A stretch of 64,000 bases of DNA. Source: Octopus vulgaris. Its lineage: Eukaryota. Location of the stretch: contig OX597814.1 in the NCBI GenBank assembly GCA_951406725.2, positions 47,306,001 through 47,370,000 of the forward strand, written 5' to 3'. Of the stretch, positions 48,326 through 62,349 are shown one piece after another. The notes under the pieces were generated by a model, which was not told the origin of the DNA, ran no database searches, and saw only the letters and a program-made list of their open reading frames with translations. The translations under genes and the position numbers were made by a program. The first letter of the stretch is position 1. Every line of letters starts with the position of its first letter.

Positions 48326-49634
48326 ATTAGTGATGAGGTTTCTGAAATGTTCTAATTCCTGTCATAGGTGAATTCTTGACAGAGAAAGGCAAATCCAAGA
48401 AATAATCTATAACAGACATGAAACTACATCTTGATCAAATCCTTCAATAAAATTCTTCATATTTCTGAGAAAATATTGAAACAATTCTACTTTCATTGTT
48501 TAGCTAAAGCATTTACATTTATTTATATTTGTAGTAAGATAAACACTTTTGCTTGGTTGTTGTTTGAAAGATATGTGTTTGCCAATGACTAAGCATATAT
48601 GAGTCTGTGTCAGAGGAGGAGAATAACTGTCCACGTATTAATACATATATTTTATCACCTTTACACTGCTAAACTATATCCCTTTTGGTGCCTTCCTGTC
48701 TCTGGAATTTGGAAAAAAAGTGTCCTTAGGCTGTAATAACTTTAAAAACAAAATTCCATTTTTTTACGTTCTTTTTTACAATAGCTTACTTTCAATATTT
48801 GTTGCTGAGGTTTATTATAGACATTCTCAGATAATGGGCAAGTGAAGGATTAAACCTTTCTTTAGTGAGCTTATGAAATGTATCATATTTGGCAAATTGT
48901 TGGAGAGAGAGAGAGAGTGTGTGTGTGTGTGTGTGTCCATCATTTGATGCTTGTATATATGTTCTTTAAATGGCTGTCAGAATATAAGTATTGACTAACT
49001 AGAGATATATTTAGTTCTCGTTATTAACTGAAAGTTTTACTTTGACACTGACGATGAAACAAAGATTTTGCAAGACCTAATTATATTTTCATCACTTTAA
49101 CAGTGGCTCCACTAAGCCTTGTAGTAGGTTCTTTTCTTTTTCCATTTGATCAGTCATTTCATATGATCAACACAGTAAATTAAATTTATTTATATTTATT
49201 TTGGTATTATTTTTTCTGTAAATAGCTTATATTCATTCTAAACATTTAAAAATATATTTTAAGTGACACATAAATCAATTTCACTAAAATACATCTTGTT
49301 TCAGATAGTGTTAGTTTTATTGTTGTGATGAGATGATAATCATAATGATGATGGAAATGAAGACATCGATGCCTCTAACACTGCAGCAGCTGCTGTTAAG
49401 AAGATCATTATAGTAGCAATGTTGACCAAATGATATAACTATTATTTGAACAGACCTGCTAACTGCTCATATATCTAATCTGTTATAGTTACCACTAGTA
49501 TTGTTGAAAGTGATTTATTAGAAGAATAAGATTCTCTGCAACTAGGCTGAAAGCACTTGGGAAAGAATCAAATGTTAATTTTGTAGGATAGAAATAAAAT
49601 TGGTATGGTGTTATTATTGATAATATTGTTGTGG

Positions 49635-49925
49635 GTATGTGGTTAGAAGCTTGCTTCTCCACCAAATGGGTTCAGGTTCAGTCCCACTGCATGGCACCTT
49701 GAGCAAGTGGTTTCTACTATAGCCTCATGCCAACCAAAACTTTCTAAGTAAATTTGGCAGGCAAAAACTGAAAGATATCCGTCATGTACGTGTTTGTGTT
49801 TATCCCCTGCCAACATTGACAACTGGTGTCGGTGTGTTTACATCCCTATAACTTAGTAGTTCAACAAAAGAAGCCAATAAAGTCAGTGCCAAGCGTTAGA
49901 AAAGGTAGGTATTGGTGTTGATTTT
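49635..49925 (+). mobile_element. SINE family A, old copy
   Basis: GGTTCAGTCCCACTGCATGGCACCTTGAGCAAG...AAACTGAAAG. Confidence 0.75.
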
Positions 49926-52900
49926 GTTGTGTCTAGCGAGAGTCATTATGCCAATGTAATATACACACTGGTTCAATTCCACTTCTTTATTATTAGTCAA
50001 TTGGTTAAATATTCAACTAACTAATCGTTTGTTTTATTTTTGATTGTCAAAGCTCTTTTCTTGCTACTTGCATCCTTTTCAATGACCATTGACTTAGTCC
50101 ATTACAGATGCCACATTTCTCTGCTTGAGATATTATTGTATGTGTGGGTGTACATGCCAGCATGTGCGAGTGCTTGTGTATGATACGTATGTATGTATTC
50201 TGCATATCCATGTGTTTGTGCATGCTTTGTGTGGGTTTGTGTACCTCTACTGCCTTGTGTTTGCATGTTTGAGTGTGTCTATACGTATGAGTTTGTGTGA
50301 GTATGCATGTGTGCCTATATGTGTCTTCATGTCTATGTGGTGTGTGTGTGTGGTCGTGTGTTTCTTTCTCCTTGTGTGTGTGTACTTGTGGTTGGTCAGT
50401 CCATCCATCTGTCCACAGTCTAATGACTGAAATAAGTTAAAGATAAAAGATTATTATTTTTATAAAAAGAAGGAAGGAGTTAGTTTATTTTACTATCTTG
50501 CTGGCTTTCATAAATGTGAACTTATGTATCATGTCAGGCATGTGGCTTAGTGGTTCAAGTGTTGCGCTCACAATCACCAGATCATGGGCTTGATTTCAGG
50601 ACCAGGCAGTGTGATGTATTCTTGAACAAAACACTTCATTTCACATTACTCCAATGCTGTGTAGGGACCGGCATGTCAAAGAATAGACCCAATGTTTCTT
50701 CTGCATGTTATAAAAGGCAACTAAAAAAGTGTTCGAGGTAAGATTTGTACTGCAGCCTTGTACAACTCTCACCAGCAATGACTACTCAAACAGACCCATA
50801 AGTTGTAGGGTTGTTGCTTAAGTGGTGTGCAAGGGTGTCATATTCCAAGAATAGGGAATCACCAATAAATGGTGGATGGATGCTGTGATATGCTGTTACA
50901 GTGCATCCCCCGATACTACTACTACTACTACTACCATGTCAATAACCTCAGAAAGATTGCCTTTGGATAAAAGCTACTTTGTTTATCTAGGTTTTAATTA
51001 GATAAAATAAATGTTCAAGATATAGAAAAACAAAAAGTCACCACTGTTATGGTTGATTATATGTGTTGCATTTCCTCAGTACAATTTATCAACTTCTGTT
51101 TAAAAGTTGTTTTTTTTTGTTTTTGGCTTTTGTTTTTTTGTTTTTTTGTTTTGTTTTTTTTGCAATACATTCTTTTTTTTTTTACTTATAAAAGCAAATC
51201 TCAGAATTATCTTGTTTAGGAAAGCATTTACTAGTGCTACACATCCTCTGTGCTATTCATCACACTCTCTCCTTCCCTTTCCCTTTCTCTTTCTCTCTCT
51301 TCTCTCTTCCATCATTATACTGTTCATGCAATTTCTATGCATTCTTCTTACTAACCATGTCATGTAGCTCTCTCTCTCCTTTGCTTCCTCCTCTGTCATT
51401 CTCTTACTCCTATCTCACTGGTTCTCTTCTCTTACTCTTTCTATCACCCTTTTGTTCTGGTCTTCTTTCATTCTTTTTTCTATTTATCAAAGGATGAGAC
51501 AATCCTCTGGTACAGATAAAAGAGGGAATACAAACAACAGTGTAGAGTGGCCTCTTTAGACTTGCTTAAGAACAAAGAACCCTCCCCTCTCTTATGCTGG
51601 TATTATAGTATAACCTACCCTGAACTCTTTGGAAAGTGGTTGGTTTAATGATCAGAAATCAGCATCATGTATCAGTGATGTACTCATCTGTTTTACTGTA
51701 CTGTCACTCAGTGGTATCCTTTACAGTAAACTGGATTTAGCTCTTAACAATCAACTGCCTTGACCATAAACAGAGCTTAGGCTCAATTGAAAGATATGAA
51801 TCACAAGCCCTTTATATGGTTTCTTTTTCTTCAGTTATGAATAACCTAATGAATATTAGCTGGTAATTTGTTACAAAACCTTGTTTAACACTTTTGACAT
51901 GAACCTACCTAACATATAAATATAAAGGTTTGTTATTTTTCCAAATACAACCAAATTCTTGATTATTTGCAAAATAATGGAAACCCTTAGGTACTGCATC
52001 TCATTAACATTTTTAATGTTACACTAACAATTACAATGTAGGCATGGCTGTGTGGTTAAGATGTTTCATTGAAACCACATAGTTCCAGGTTCAACCTGTT
52101 TGTGTGTGTGTGTGAGAGAGAGAGAGAGTGAGAAAAAGGTGGCGTCTTCTTTCTTTGGTATCACAACTGTTGTAAATGAGTGCTACTGTCATACGAGTGA
52201 GTCTTTTGTTTCTGAACTTCAGTGAAAACTAGTCCTTCCATGGGGAAAAAATTCCCTTGGAAACAGGTGATGGTTGGTGACAAGAAGGACCCCCAGCCAT
52301 AGACAATCTGCATTGACAAATCCAACCCATGCAGTGGTCAGGGTGTTGGACTCATGATTGTAAGATTGTGGTTTTGATTCCTGGACCAAACAATGTATTG
52401 TGTTCTTGATCAAAACACTTCATTTCATGTTGCTCCAGTCCACTTACTGGTAAAAATGAGTAATCCTATAACAGACTGGTGGCCTGTCCAGGAAGGAATA
52501 TGTATGTCAGAGAAACCAGGAAACTCCTTATGGAGTAATGTGAACTAACCATGCTAGCATTGAAATGTGGACATTAAAACAATAATGATATGGCTGCAAA
52601 TGACAAATATGGCAATCATTTTTGTCATTCTTAGAAACCATGATTATTATTAATTTTCTTTCAATTGCTACATAATAATGTTTTTATTCCAGAATTTTGT
52701 CAAAAACAATGAAGTTCTAAATACTTTATTGTATTTAGTTTAGTGCCTAAGTTAATGTTTACCTTTCATTAAATACTAATAATATGATGAAAATAATTAC
52801 ATCAACTACACTCCCTTCCTCTAGAGAACTGTGTGAATGTTTATTTAGTTATATTATTTTGAAATATTATTGTAATATCTCTGTTACCATCATTCAAATA

Positions 52901-53205
52901 GCATTTGCAAAAAAGAAAAAATTAATGATAAAAATAATAAATCATGAAAAATTCTTTTACATTTTATAAAATAAGACTCTTATCCTCTTATCTGACATTT
53001 TCTCAATGATTCCATACATCAGTATCTATCAATAGAAACAACTTCTCAAAACACTAAGTTTTGCATATTTGGTAGAAATGTCACTTTCTAGATCCATTGA
53101 GTTTCACAATAATCTATTTCACTTTAATTCCACAATGTTTAGATGTATGAGATCCCAACATCCTTATATGATATATGTATATATGTATTTATATATGTGT
53201 ATATA

Positions 53206-53580
53206 AGCAATAATCATAATAATAGAGAATATGGAGACGGGTACATCCGCAAAATTTATTTCCTTTTATTTTAGAATGTCAGACATTATTTTGTGGTTAC
53301 AATGACCTACACATGTTTCCACTGTACAAACTATAGGCAGTTGCATATGCAACCAGCTTCATTCAGGGTCTTTCAACCAGCTTGTCTCAAGTTCACGAAG
53401 CTGTACAGAAAATTATGCCCAGTTGCATATGCATCTGCCTATACTCTGTGGAGTGGAAACATGTGTAGGTCGTCACAACCATATAACAATGTAAAATAAA
53501 AGTATAACAGTGTAAATTAAAAGGAAATAAATTTTGAGGATGTACCAGTCTCCATATTCTCTATCGTTATAATTATTGCT
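53206..53580. repeat. Long imperfect palindrome (Penelope-type inverted termini) with hammerhead-like remnants
   Basis: AGCAATAAT..AGAGAATATGGAGAC.GGTACATCC.CAAAATTTATTTCCTTTT pairs with AAAAGGAAATAAATTTTG.GGATGTACC.GTCTCCATATTCTCT..ATTATTGCT. Inner arms GACCTACACATGTTTCCACT / AGTGGAAACATGTGTAGGTC. Confidence 0.85.
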
Positions 53581-53827
53581 AATATACACTCCAGATAATA
53601 TTACCATCCAGTGAAGCAAACACAGAATTACTCGTCGGAAGAATTTACAGAATGAATGACAACTCCTAGTAGTTATAGATGCTAAATACTAATCAATGTG
53701 GTTAGCCATAACCTGGAACATAACTGAGAGCTACCATGGTGTCCACCTGGATATTATATCTCTGTAAACTCACATTAATATATGTGTGTTAATATATACA
53801 AGACAAGATACAAATAATGGTGGTTAC

Positions 53828-54230
53828 ATCATCATCATCATCATCATTTAACGTCCGTTGTCCATGCTGGTATAGGTTGAACACTTCGACCAGGGCTGGC
53901 AAGCTGGAAGGCTGCACCAGACTCCAATCTGATTTGTCATGGTTTGTATAGCTGGATGCCCTTCCTAATGCCAACCACTCTGAGAGTGTAATGGGTGCTT
54001 TTACGTGCCACCGGCATGGGTGCCATTTGCATGACTCCAGTATCTTCCATGACAGTGATTTTGCTCAGCTTGATGGGTTTTCTTCTCAAGCATGACAATG
54101 CCAAAGGTCTCGGTCATTGCCTCCATGAGGCCCAACACTCAAAAGAAGCTCAGCCACTTTGCCTCTATGAGGCCCAATGCTCGAAAGGTACTTTTTACGT
54201 GCCACCAGCACAGGTGCACTTACGTAACAC
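53828..54230 (-). mobile_element. RTE 3'-end fragment
   Basis: (CAT)n-TTAACGTCCG...GCTGGATGCCCTTCCTAATGCCAACCACTC...AAAGGTCTCGGTCATTGCCTC. Confidence 0.8.
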
Positions 54231-54311
54231 CAATGTTTATTTATTTCAGTAAATTTGACTTACAGCTGTTTTCAGTAGTAATTATAGGTTCATTATACAT
54301 ACATACATATA

Positions 54312-54718
54312 GGAGCAGGAGTGGCTGTGTGGTAAGTAGTTTACTTACCAACCACATGGTTCCAGGTTCAGTCCCACTGTGTGGCATCTTGGGCAAGTGT
54401 CTTCTACTATAGCCTCGGGCCAACCAAAGCCTTATGAGTGGATTTGGTAGACGGAAACTGAAAGAAGCCCGTCGTATATATGTATATATATATATGTGTG
54501 TGTGTATGTTTCTGTGTCTGTGTTTGTCCTCCTAGCATTGCTTGACAACCGATGCTGGTGTGTTTACATCGCCGTCACTTAGCGGTTCGGCAAAAGAGAA
54601 CGATAGAATAAGTACTGGGCTTACAAAGAATAAGTCCCGGGGTCGATTTGCTCGACTAAAGGCGGTGCTCCAGCATGGCCGCTGTCAAATAACTGAAACA
54701 AGCAAAAGAGCAAAGAGC
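54312..54718 (+). mobile_element. SINE family A, full length
   Basis: Near-identical to 2936-3322. Confidence 0.9.
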
Positions 54719-54719
54719 A

Positions 54720-54776
<57 letters not shown>

Positions 54777-55102
54777 GTCTTGGGAAAGTCATTACACCAA
54801 TAATAATAAACACCTTCACTGGTTAAATATCCAACCAACAAACTAATATATCATTTACTCTATTTGTCACCTAAACAATCAATCATTTGTTTGTCAAAGT
54901 CCTTGAATCTGTCTGAGAATTAGTCTTATATCTGTGTGTATGCATACTTGTATATATTTATGTAGATGTGTAATTGTTTACAAGAGAAAGGAAGGGTGAG
55001 AGTAATTGAAGAGTGTGTGCATGTGTGTGTAGTTGTATGTGTGCACTCGTGTGCCTGCCTGTATGTGTTTGTGAGTGTGTGAACCATTCATGACCTCTTT
55101 AA

Positions 55103-55322
55103 CCCTTTTGTTACTGTATTTATTTTGAGATACTCTGTATTTCCTTGAATTACTATAAATATAACAAAGAATGTAGTAAAATAACTTAGTTATCATTCAG
55201 CTAGTGTTAGGAACATAAATTGTGACTAAGGTTTGGTGGAAGATTTTAATTCAGAACTTTTGAAAACAAGGCATTTGTACTCAGAGCTAGAGCCGATTTC
55301 GGCCAGGTTGGTAATGAAAGGG
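55103..55322. mobile_element. piggyBac-type MITE, second copy
   Basis: TTAA|CCCTTTTGTTAC ... GTAATGAAAGGG|TTAA. Colinear with 30015-30234. Confidence 0.9.
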
Positions 55323-55384
55323 TTAATGGTTTAACCTTTTGTTCAAGGTCATTTTGGTCTCTGATCTGCTGGGATTTGCTTTTC

Positions 55385-56255
55385 ATTATCATCATCATCG
55401 TTTAACGTCTGTTTTCCATGCTGGCTTGGGTTGGATGGTTTGGCTGAGGTCTGGAGAGCCAGCGGCTGCACTAGGCTCCAGTCTGATCTGGCAATGTTCC
55501 TACAGCTGGATGCCCTTCCTAACACCAACAACTCCAAGAGTGTAGTGGGTACTTTTTACGTTCCACTAGCATAGGAGCCAGTTAGGTGGGCCTGGCATCA
55601 ATCACGTTTGGATAATGCTTTTTACATGCCACTGGCATGGGGGCCAGTCAGTGGATACTGGCATTGGCCACATTCAGATGGTGCTTTTTACATGTCACCG
55701 GTATGGGAGCCAATCAGGGGGCACTGGCCATAGCTACAATATTAGTTTTACTTGACTCAACAGGTCCTCTCAAGTATATCATATTGCCCGATCAGGTGTA
55801 CTCTTAACTGGGCTGGACATGCATGGTTGCAATCTCACTTTAGTTACTGGGTCTTCTCAATCACAGTATATCTCCAAAGGTCTCAGTCTCCTGTCATTGC
55901 CTCTGTGAGGCCCAATGTTCAAAGGTCATGCTTCGCCACCTCATCCCATGTCTTCATCATCATCATCATCATTATTTAAAGTTCATTGTCTATGCTGGCA
56001 TGGATTGGAAGGTTTGATCAGGGCTGGTAAGTTAAGGGGCTGCACTAGACTCTTGTCTGATTTGGCATGGTTTCTATGGCTGAATCCCTTTCCTAATATC
56101 AACCACTCCTAGAGTGCAATGGGTGCTTTTACATGCCACCAGTATTGGTGCCAGTTACATGACACCAGCATCGAGCACATTGCCTCTGTGAGGCCCAACA
56201 CTCAAATGGTACTTTTTATGTACCATGATACTGGCATCGGCTACATTGCCTCTGC
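55385..56255 (-). mobile_element. Two adjacent RTE 3'-end fragments
   Basis: Tails start at (CAT)n at ~55385 and ~55955. Both carry (C/G)CTG(G/A)AT.CC.TTCCTAA and RTE 3' UTR tandem units. Confidence 0.78.
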
Positions 56256-57648
56256 ATTTACTAATGCACTTATCATGAGAACTTGCTCTGCAAGAACTGG
56301 TTAACAATTGTATCAGACACATCCACCACTACGAATTGAACAGTACTGGAGAACTTCTATGTTCAGCTCTTAGGAATTGAGGCAATTGTACCTCGGCAAA
56401 TTACATTACAGCTACCTTCTTTACAATCACCACTATAAATCTCATGATATATAAAACAAGCTGGACAACAAACTAATTGCAATATACTTTGTCTACATCA
56501 TAAACTAAACCCAGCACAGACCAGGCTTGTAACATGACATATTCAGTGTGCTTCATGTGTTGGTCCTTCCATATTTAATTGGTTACCTCAGCACAACAGG
56601 CCCACTCTAGCACATCTGTCTGAGACCACTCATTAACAGCAGCTTGGTACACTTATGTGTGTGTGTCTCTCTCTCTTCACCACCTCATGCCTCTTCAATT
56701 CTATATTGTAATTATTTCATTGCAGCCATCATCATTTTTTTCAATTTGTGTCTATCATGGATATTTGTTATCACAAATTGGAAGGTTTTATCTGAATGAA
56801 AATTATAATAAGCTGCTGCTACCTTTCACAATAGCTTACATTTTCAGCTGCAGGACATGTACAGTATTTCAATTTGTTGCTGAGAAATCTGCAAAGACAA
56901 TTATCTAGTGGACAAAAGTTGTCTTTCTTCACTAGCAATCACAAACCCAGCTGAAGAATAATGAGACTGTTGACACCTTTTGTACAGATAATAGCAACAA
57001 TAATAACAGTGTCTGCTGTCTCACCCCTTCCATGCAGGAGTTATATTTCCTGTAGGTCTTTCTTTCTCATTTAACTACTGACTTGCCTTAGAGTTGTATC
57101 TATTATTCTGCTAGGCTTCTTTCAATTTGGTTTTGAAAGTGTCTTCTTTATTCATCAGTTGTTATACTGAGGGTAGATGAAAGCATATTCAAGTATTCTT
57201 TACTTATTGGAGATTGTGAAAGTGAAAAGTTTATATATGGTACAACAAACTGATACAATTCACATAAAGTTTAGAAATCTATCACTGAAAAATAATATAT
57301 ATCAAACTTTGAATCTTGCATATATTTCCAATTTCTGATCAATAACTGTATATTACCTCATTTTCTATGTTCTAATAACTGCTAGATAGCTTCATAGCTT
57401 CTTTTTGTTTTTTAACTGCATAAACAAGCATTTTGTGTTGTTGAAATCAGTTTGCGTATTTCTTATCTAGACTTTAGTCAAAGTTCATACAGAGATTATG
57501 TTTTAATGTTGCAAGACTTTGTGTTCCTTACATAATAATTGTATTTTTGTCTGAAATGTAAACAGACTTCTGTAAACATTTAATGTTAACTTGGTTTGAG
57601 AATTTAGAGTACTAGATATTTTTCTAGTTCTGTTTTTGTGTTAGAGTG

Positions 57649-57693
<45 letters not shown>

Positions 57694-58929
57694 GCTTTGT
57701 TTTCTGACTTTTTAATCATCTCATAATAATGACTATTATGACTTTTATTACTACCTCAGTTCATCTAATTGTATATATCTGTCGTTACCTTTCATAAAAA
57801 GCCTTTTCTTTTTTTTATTTACAATGTGCATTTTCTTTGATTTTTCTTATTTTCCCCTTACATTTCCCCCGTGTGGTTTATATTTTTGGTATCCCTTTAA
57901 CGGTATGTTAAAATAATTGACCTGATCATTTATATTCTGACTAATTAAAGATCATCCTTCTGTTGGTTAATCTTAGGTAGTAATTGAAGATTACTTTGCA
58001 AAATCGATGATGCTGATTAAAGGTGTGAATGTTATTCATTAAAGAAGAGAAGTTTAAAACACATGAACATTGGAAATAATAGAATTTTTTCTTTCTTTTT
58101 TTTCTTTTTACTTTCGTAATATTTTCTATATTTTACTTTCTGATGCTATCCACATGCTAGCATGGCACCAGATGCATTTCCCTGAAGTTTGGCACCTTTT
58201 ATAAGGGCACCAAAATTCAATCCTGTACTCACTATCCTTGTTATACTTACCTTTTTTCTTGCATAACACTACCACATTAGTCACAAGGCTTGATTTCTTA
58301 CGGTACATCTAGAAAATCAACTTAACAAAAAGTATGACCATGGTTATTTCTGTCAAGATCACACTTCTGTAGAAATCTTTGAACAGCATTGTAGAGGGTG
58401 AAATGTGTTAAGACTAATATTCTTGGCTTGAACTCAGCCCCTTTCTATTTATCATAGAGTGTACCAATTCTGGTAATATTTCATGATGCTTTTTACTATG
58501 CTGAGGTGGATTGCAGGCTGTAATAAATAGCACCAAATAATATGAATGATTTTATTGAGAGAGAGAGAGAAAGAGAAAATTGTGATTTTTATAAGGGTCT
58601 ACTAACTCAAGCAGTGATGGAACAATATATTTATTACTTTGACAGCTAACTTGATTATTATATTGTGTAGGCAAAGTATTTAGTAGTAACTCTTTCAGAA
58701 TTCACTGGCAGTCTATTCACCAAAATATTCTAGAGTCATCTGTACATGACATTACATAAATCACATGTCAATCTTGCTTTGTGCCATAAATTAATGATTA
58801 TTTCTTCCAGTCTTCAACATTTACCTCTCTGTCAGTTTTTAATATGTCTCCAAACTACTTGATTCTGAATTTAAACATATTTTAAACTCAAAGAAAAGTG
58901 GACACAAAATTTAGATTTAGCATTTAACT

Positions 58930-59330
58930 TCTCTTTTACTCTCTTTTACTTGTTTCAGTCATTTGACTGTGGCCATGCTGGAGCACCATCTTTTAGTCGA
59001 GCAAATCAACCCCAGGACTTATTCTTTGTAAGCCTAGTACTTATTCTATCGGTCTCTTTTGCCAAACTGCTAAGTTACAGGAACATAAACACACCAGCAT
59101 CGGTTGTCAAGCGATGTTGGGGGGACAAACACAGACACACAAACATATACACACACACATACATATATATGATGGGCTTCTTTCAGTTTTTGTCTACCAA
59201 ATCCACTCACAAGGCTTTGGTCGGCCCAAGGCTATAGTAGAAGACACTTGCCCAAGGTGCCACGCAGTGGGACTGAACCCGGAACCATGTGGTTGGTAAG
59301 CAAGCTACTTAACACAGCAACTCCTATGCC
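58930..59330 (-). mobile_element. SINE family A, full length
   Basis: Reverse complement of 2936-3322. Confidence 0.9.
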
Positions 59331-59505
59331 TATGGATTAGTGAAGTAGAATACTGACTAGCAGTGCTGCACTGCTTACAAATTCTGGCATAGTAAGGTGT
59401 GAGCTAGTCACTGCTTAGTCAATCAAGCAGTTCAGGAAGGTATCATTCCAGACAGCTGGAGTATTACCATTCTCAACTGCTACAAGAGTAAAGGAGATGC
59501 ATTAA

Positions 59506-60326
59506 TCCTTTAGCACTTAAACCAGCCATAGCTAGCCCAAATAGTCTACCTGTTTTATATTCAAACTAGCCAGATCCAGCCTCACACACCTCCCCTACAG
59601 TATTATTCTAAAATTTAACAATCATCATCATCATCATTTAATGTCTGTTTTCCATGGATGGTTCGACCGAGTTCTGGGAAGCCAGGAGGCTGCACAAGGC
59701 TCCAGTCTGATCTGGCAGTGTTTCTACAGCTGGATGCCCTTCCTAACGCTAACCACTCCATGAGTGTAGGGGGTGCTTTTTATGTGCCACCAGCGCTGGT
59801 GCCAGGGGAGGCTGATATCATGAAAATCTTGAAGCCACAAGATAATGCATGATTAATGTAAACAATAGGCGCAGGAGTGGCTGTGTGGTAAGTAGCTTGC
59901 TAACCAACCACATGGTTCCGGGTTCAGTCCCACTGTGTGGCATCTTGGGCAAGTGTCTTCTGCTATAGCCCCGGTCCGACCAATGCCTTGTGAGTGGATT
60001 TGGTAGACGGAAACTGAAAGAAGCCTGTCGTATATATGTATATATATATGTATGTGTGTGTGTGTTTGTGTGTCTGTGCTTGTCCCCCTAGCATTGCTTG
60101 ACAACCGATGCTGGTGTGTTTACGTCCCCGTCACTTAGCGGTTCGGCAAAAGAGACCAATAGAATAAGTACTGGGCTTACAAAGAATAAGTCCCGGGGTC
60201 GATTTGCTCGACTAAAGGCGTTGCTCCAGCATGGCCACAGTCAAATGACTGAAACAAGTAAAAGAGAGTAAAGAGTGAATAATAAACAAGCATTTCATTT
60301 GATAGAGTAATCTGAATGCTAAGGGG
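59506..60326. mobile_element. Second piggyBac-type MITE family carrying two nested retroposons
   Basis: TTAA|TCCTTTAGCA ... TGCTAAGGGG|TTAA, interrupted by an RTE tail (~59622-59815, -) and a family A SINE (59868-60276, +). Confidence 0.75.
59868..60276 (+). mobile_element. SINE family A, full length
   Basis: GGCGCAGGAGTGGCTGTGTGGTAAG...GAAACAAGTAAAAGAG. Confidence 0.9.
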
Positions 60327-60849
60327 TTAAAGAGAGGAAATTTACAAGTTATCAAATTGTTGAACCAGATTACAAAAGTTATATAAATGCATTCATTGCT
60401 ATATTGCTATAGTTAAGAAGTTTGCTTTTCAACAACATGCTTTCAGATTCAGTTCTACTGCATAACACCTTGGGAAAATATTTTCCACTATATCCCCAGG
60501 CCAACCAAAGCCTTGCGAATGGATTTAGTTGACAGTAATTGAAAAAGAAGTCCATCATGTTGTGTGTGTGTGTGTGCGCGCACATACGTGTGTCTGTCAA
60601 TTTGTTTATGCCTGCACTCACTGAAAGTCATGACGTTTACTTGATGTTTTCATTGATATTTCTTCAGTCAATAAATCACTCACTTATTTCATACCTTTGA
60701 AGTTATGTGGATTAAGAGATCCCTTACTTGAAAAACAGGTAAGACTTAATTTTAGGAGGGACATCCAGTTATAAAATCAATGCTTCAGTTACATAGTTAC
60801 CTAACCCATAGTAGCATGGAAAAACAGATATAAAAACAATTGAAACAAA

Positions 60850-61845
60850 TGAAGCAGAAAGAGTTATAGACCAATTGATGAGCAAAAGAATTAGCTTAGA
60901 TGAGATGCCATTCAGCTTTGTGCCAGAGAGTACTACTGATGCCATCTTTTTAGTGATGCAACTTCAAAAAAAGTATTTAGCTAAAATAAACCACTGTAGC
61001 TAGCATTTATAGATCTGGAAAAGACTTTTGCAGGGTTCCATTATCTTTGATTTGTTGGTTACTGAGGAAGCCAGTGGTAGATGAATAGCTTGTGAAGGCT
61101 TTCCAAGCTATGCATGGAAATGGGAATTAACAATGGTTACAATAAGTAATTTAGTGAGCAGGTAGAGATCCACCAAAGCTGTCCTTAGTCCCTTTCTATT
61201 TATCATAGCCACCAAAGCCATAGCAGAGGGGTTTAAAACTGGTTTCCATGGGAACTCCTGTATGTTGATGACCTAGTTCTCACAGCTGAATCTGTATAGA
61301 ATTAGAGAAGAAATTCAAGACATAGAAGCAAAACCTAGACTTTAGAGGCCTTAAACTAAACTTAGCCAGTACTAGAATGTTAGTAAGAAGGAAAGAACAC
61401 AGGATTCTGGTACAATCTGGAAAATGGCAGTGCTCAAAATACAGTAAAGCAGTAAATAGGAATTCCATACAGTGTACACTATATAAAGTATGAACACACG
61501 AGATGTAGTGCTATCAGAAGTAGGCTAACAAGGATGATAAGTTTACATGCAGCACTAAAAGCATGTGGGAAATAGATTCTCTTAAATGCCACAGATTTCT
61601 TGGAAGTAAGTGATTGCTTCTGTTACCTTGATGAGCTGATTAATATTAAATGGGGGTAGTCTGAAAGTATAACAGCTATAGTAAGAAAATGTTGGCAAAA
61701 GTTCAGGGGACTATTACCTCTGTAGGTTACAAGGGAATTCTCTCTGAGAATAGAAGGCAAATTGTATGATACTTGTGTACATAATGCAATGATGCTCGGT
61801 TGTGAGATGTAGGTCCTTAATACTGAAGATTTATAAAGACTAGCA
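60850..61845 (+). mobile_element. Decayed RTE LINE RT region
   Basis: LDEMPFSFVP..TTDAIFLVMQLQKKYLAK, FIDLEKTF, WELLYVDDLVL and CWQKFRGLLPL. Confidence 0.85.
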
Positions 61846-62349
61846 GCGCCCATGAATATTTCATGGAATTAATGGTGAATCTATTGGGTTATTTCTGAAA
61901 ACTTTATCCAGAAAACTGAAGGTGTAGAGTGTTGTGTCTGTATGGAAAGATAGTCACTCATCTGCAACTCTTTGAAAATTACTTAATGCATTTTATATAT
62001 ACACATTATATACTTTATGCACAATGTTATAGACTTCATACACAGCAATCGAAAAATAAATATTCGCTCTAATTTTGCCATTTTTCCCATTAACAAAAAT
62101 AATACCCCATATGATACAACCTTTTGTAAAATTGTCTATATCTTGCCACATGAATAAGCATGAATATTTCACAGACTTGCTCTTATACACATATGTTAAG
62201 TGATAAGTGATATAAAAAAATTGGTTCAATTTTTAAAAAATACTCTTTTCACTATCCAATCATCACCACCTCCATCTCCACCACCACCACCATCAACCTC
62301 TCACTCCCCCTCTTTCCCTCCTCTCTCTGCCTTTCTTTAACATAATGCC

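Noticed and set aside
50125-51497. Cys/Val- and Phe/Leu-rich ORFs
   Set aside because: Translations of degenerate (GT)n and pyrimidine-rich simple sequence.
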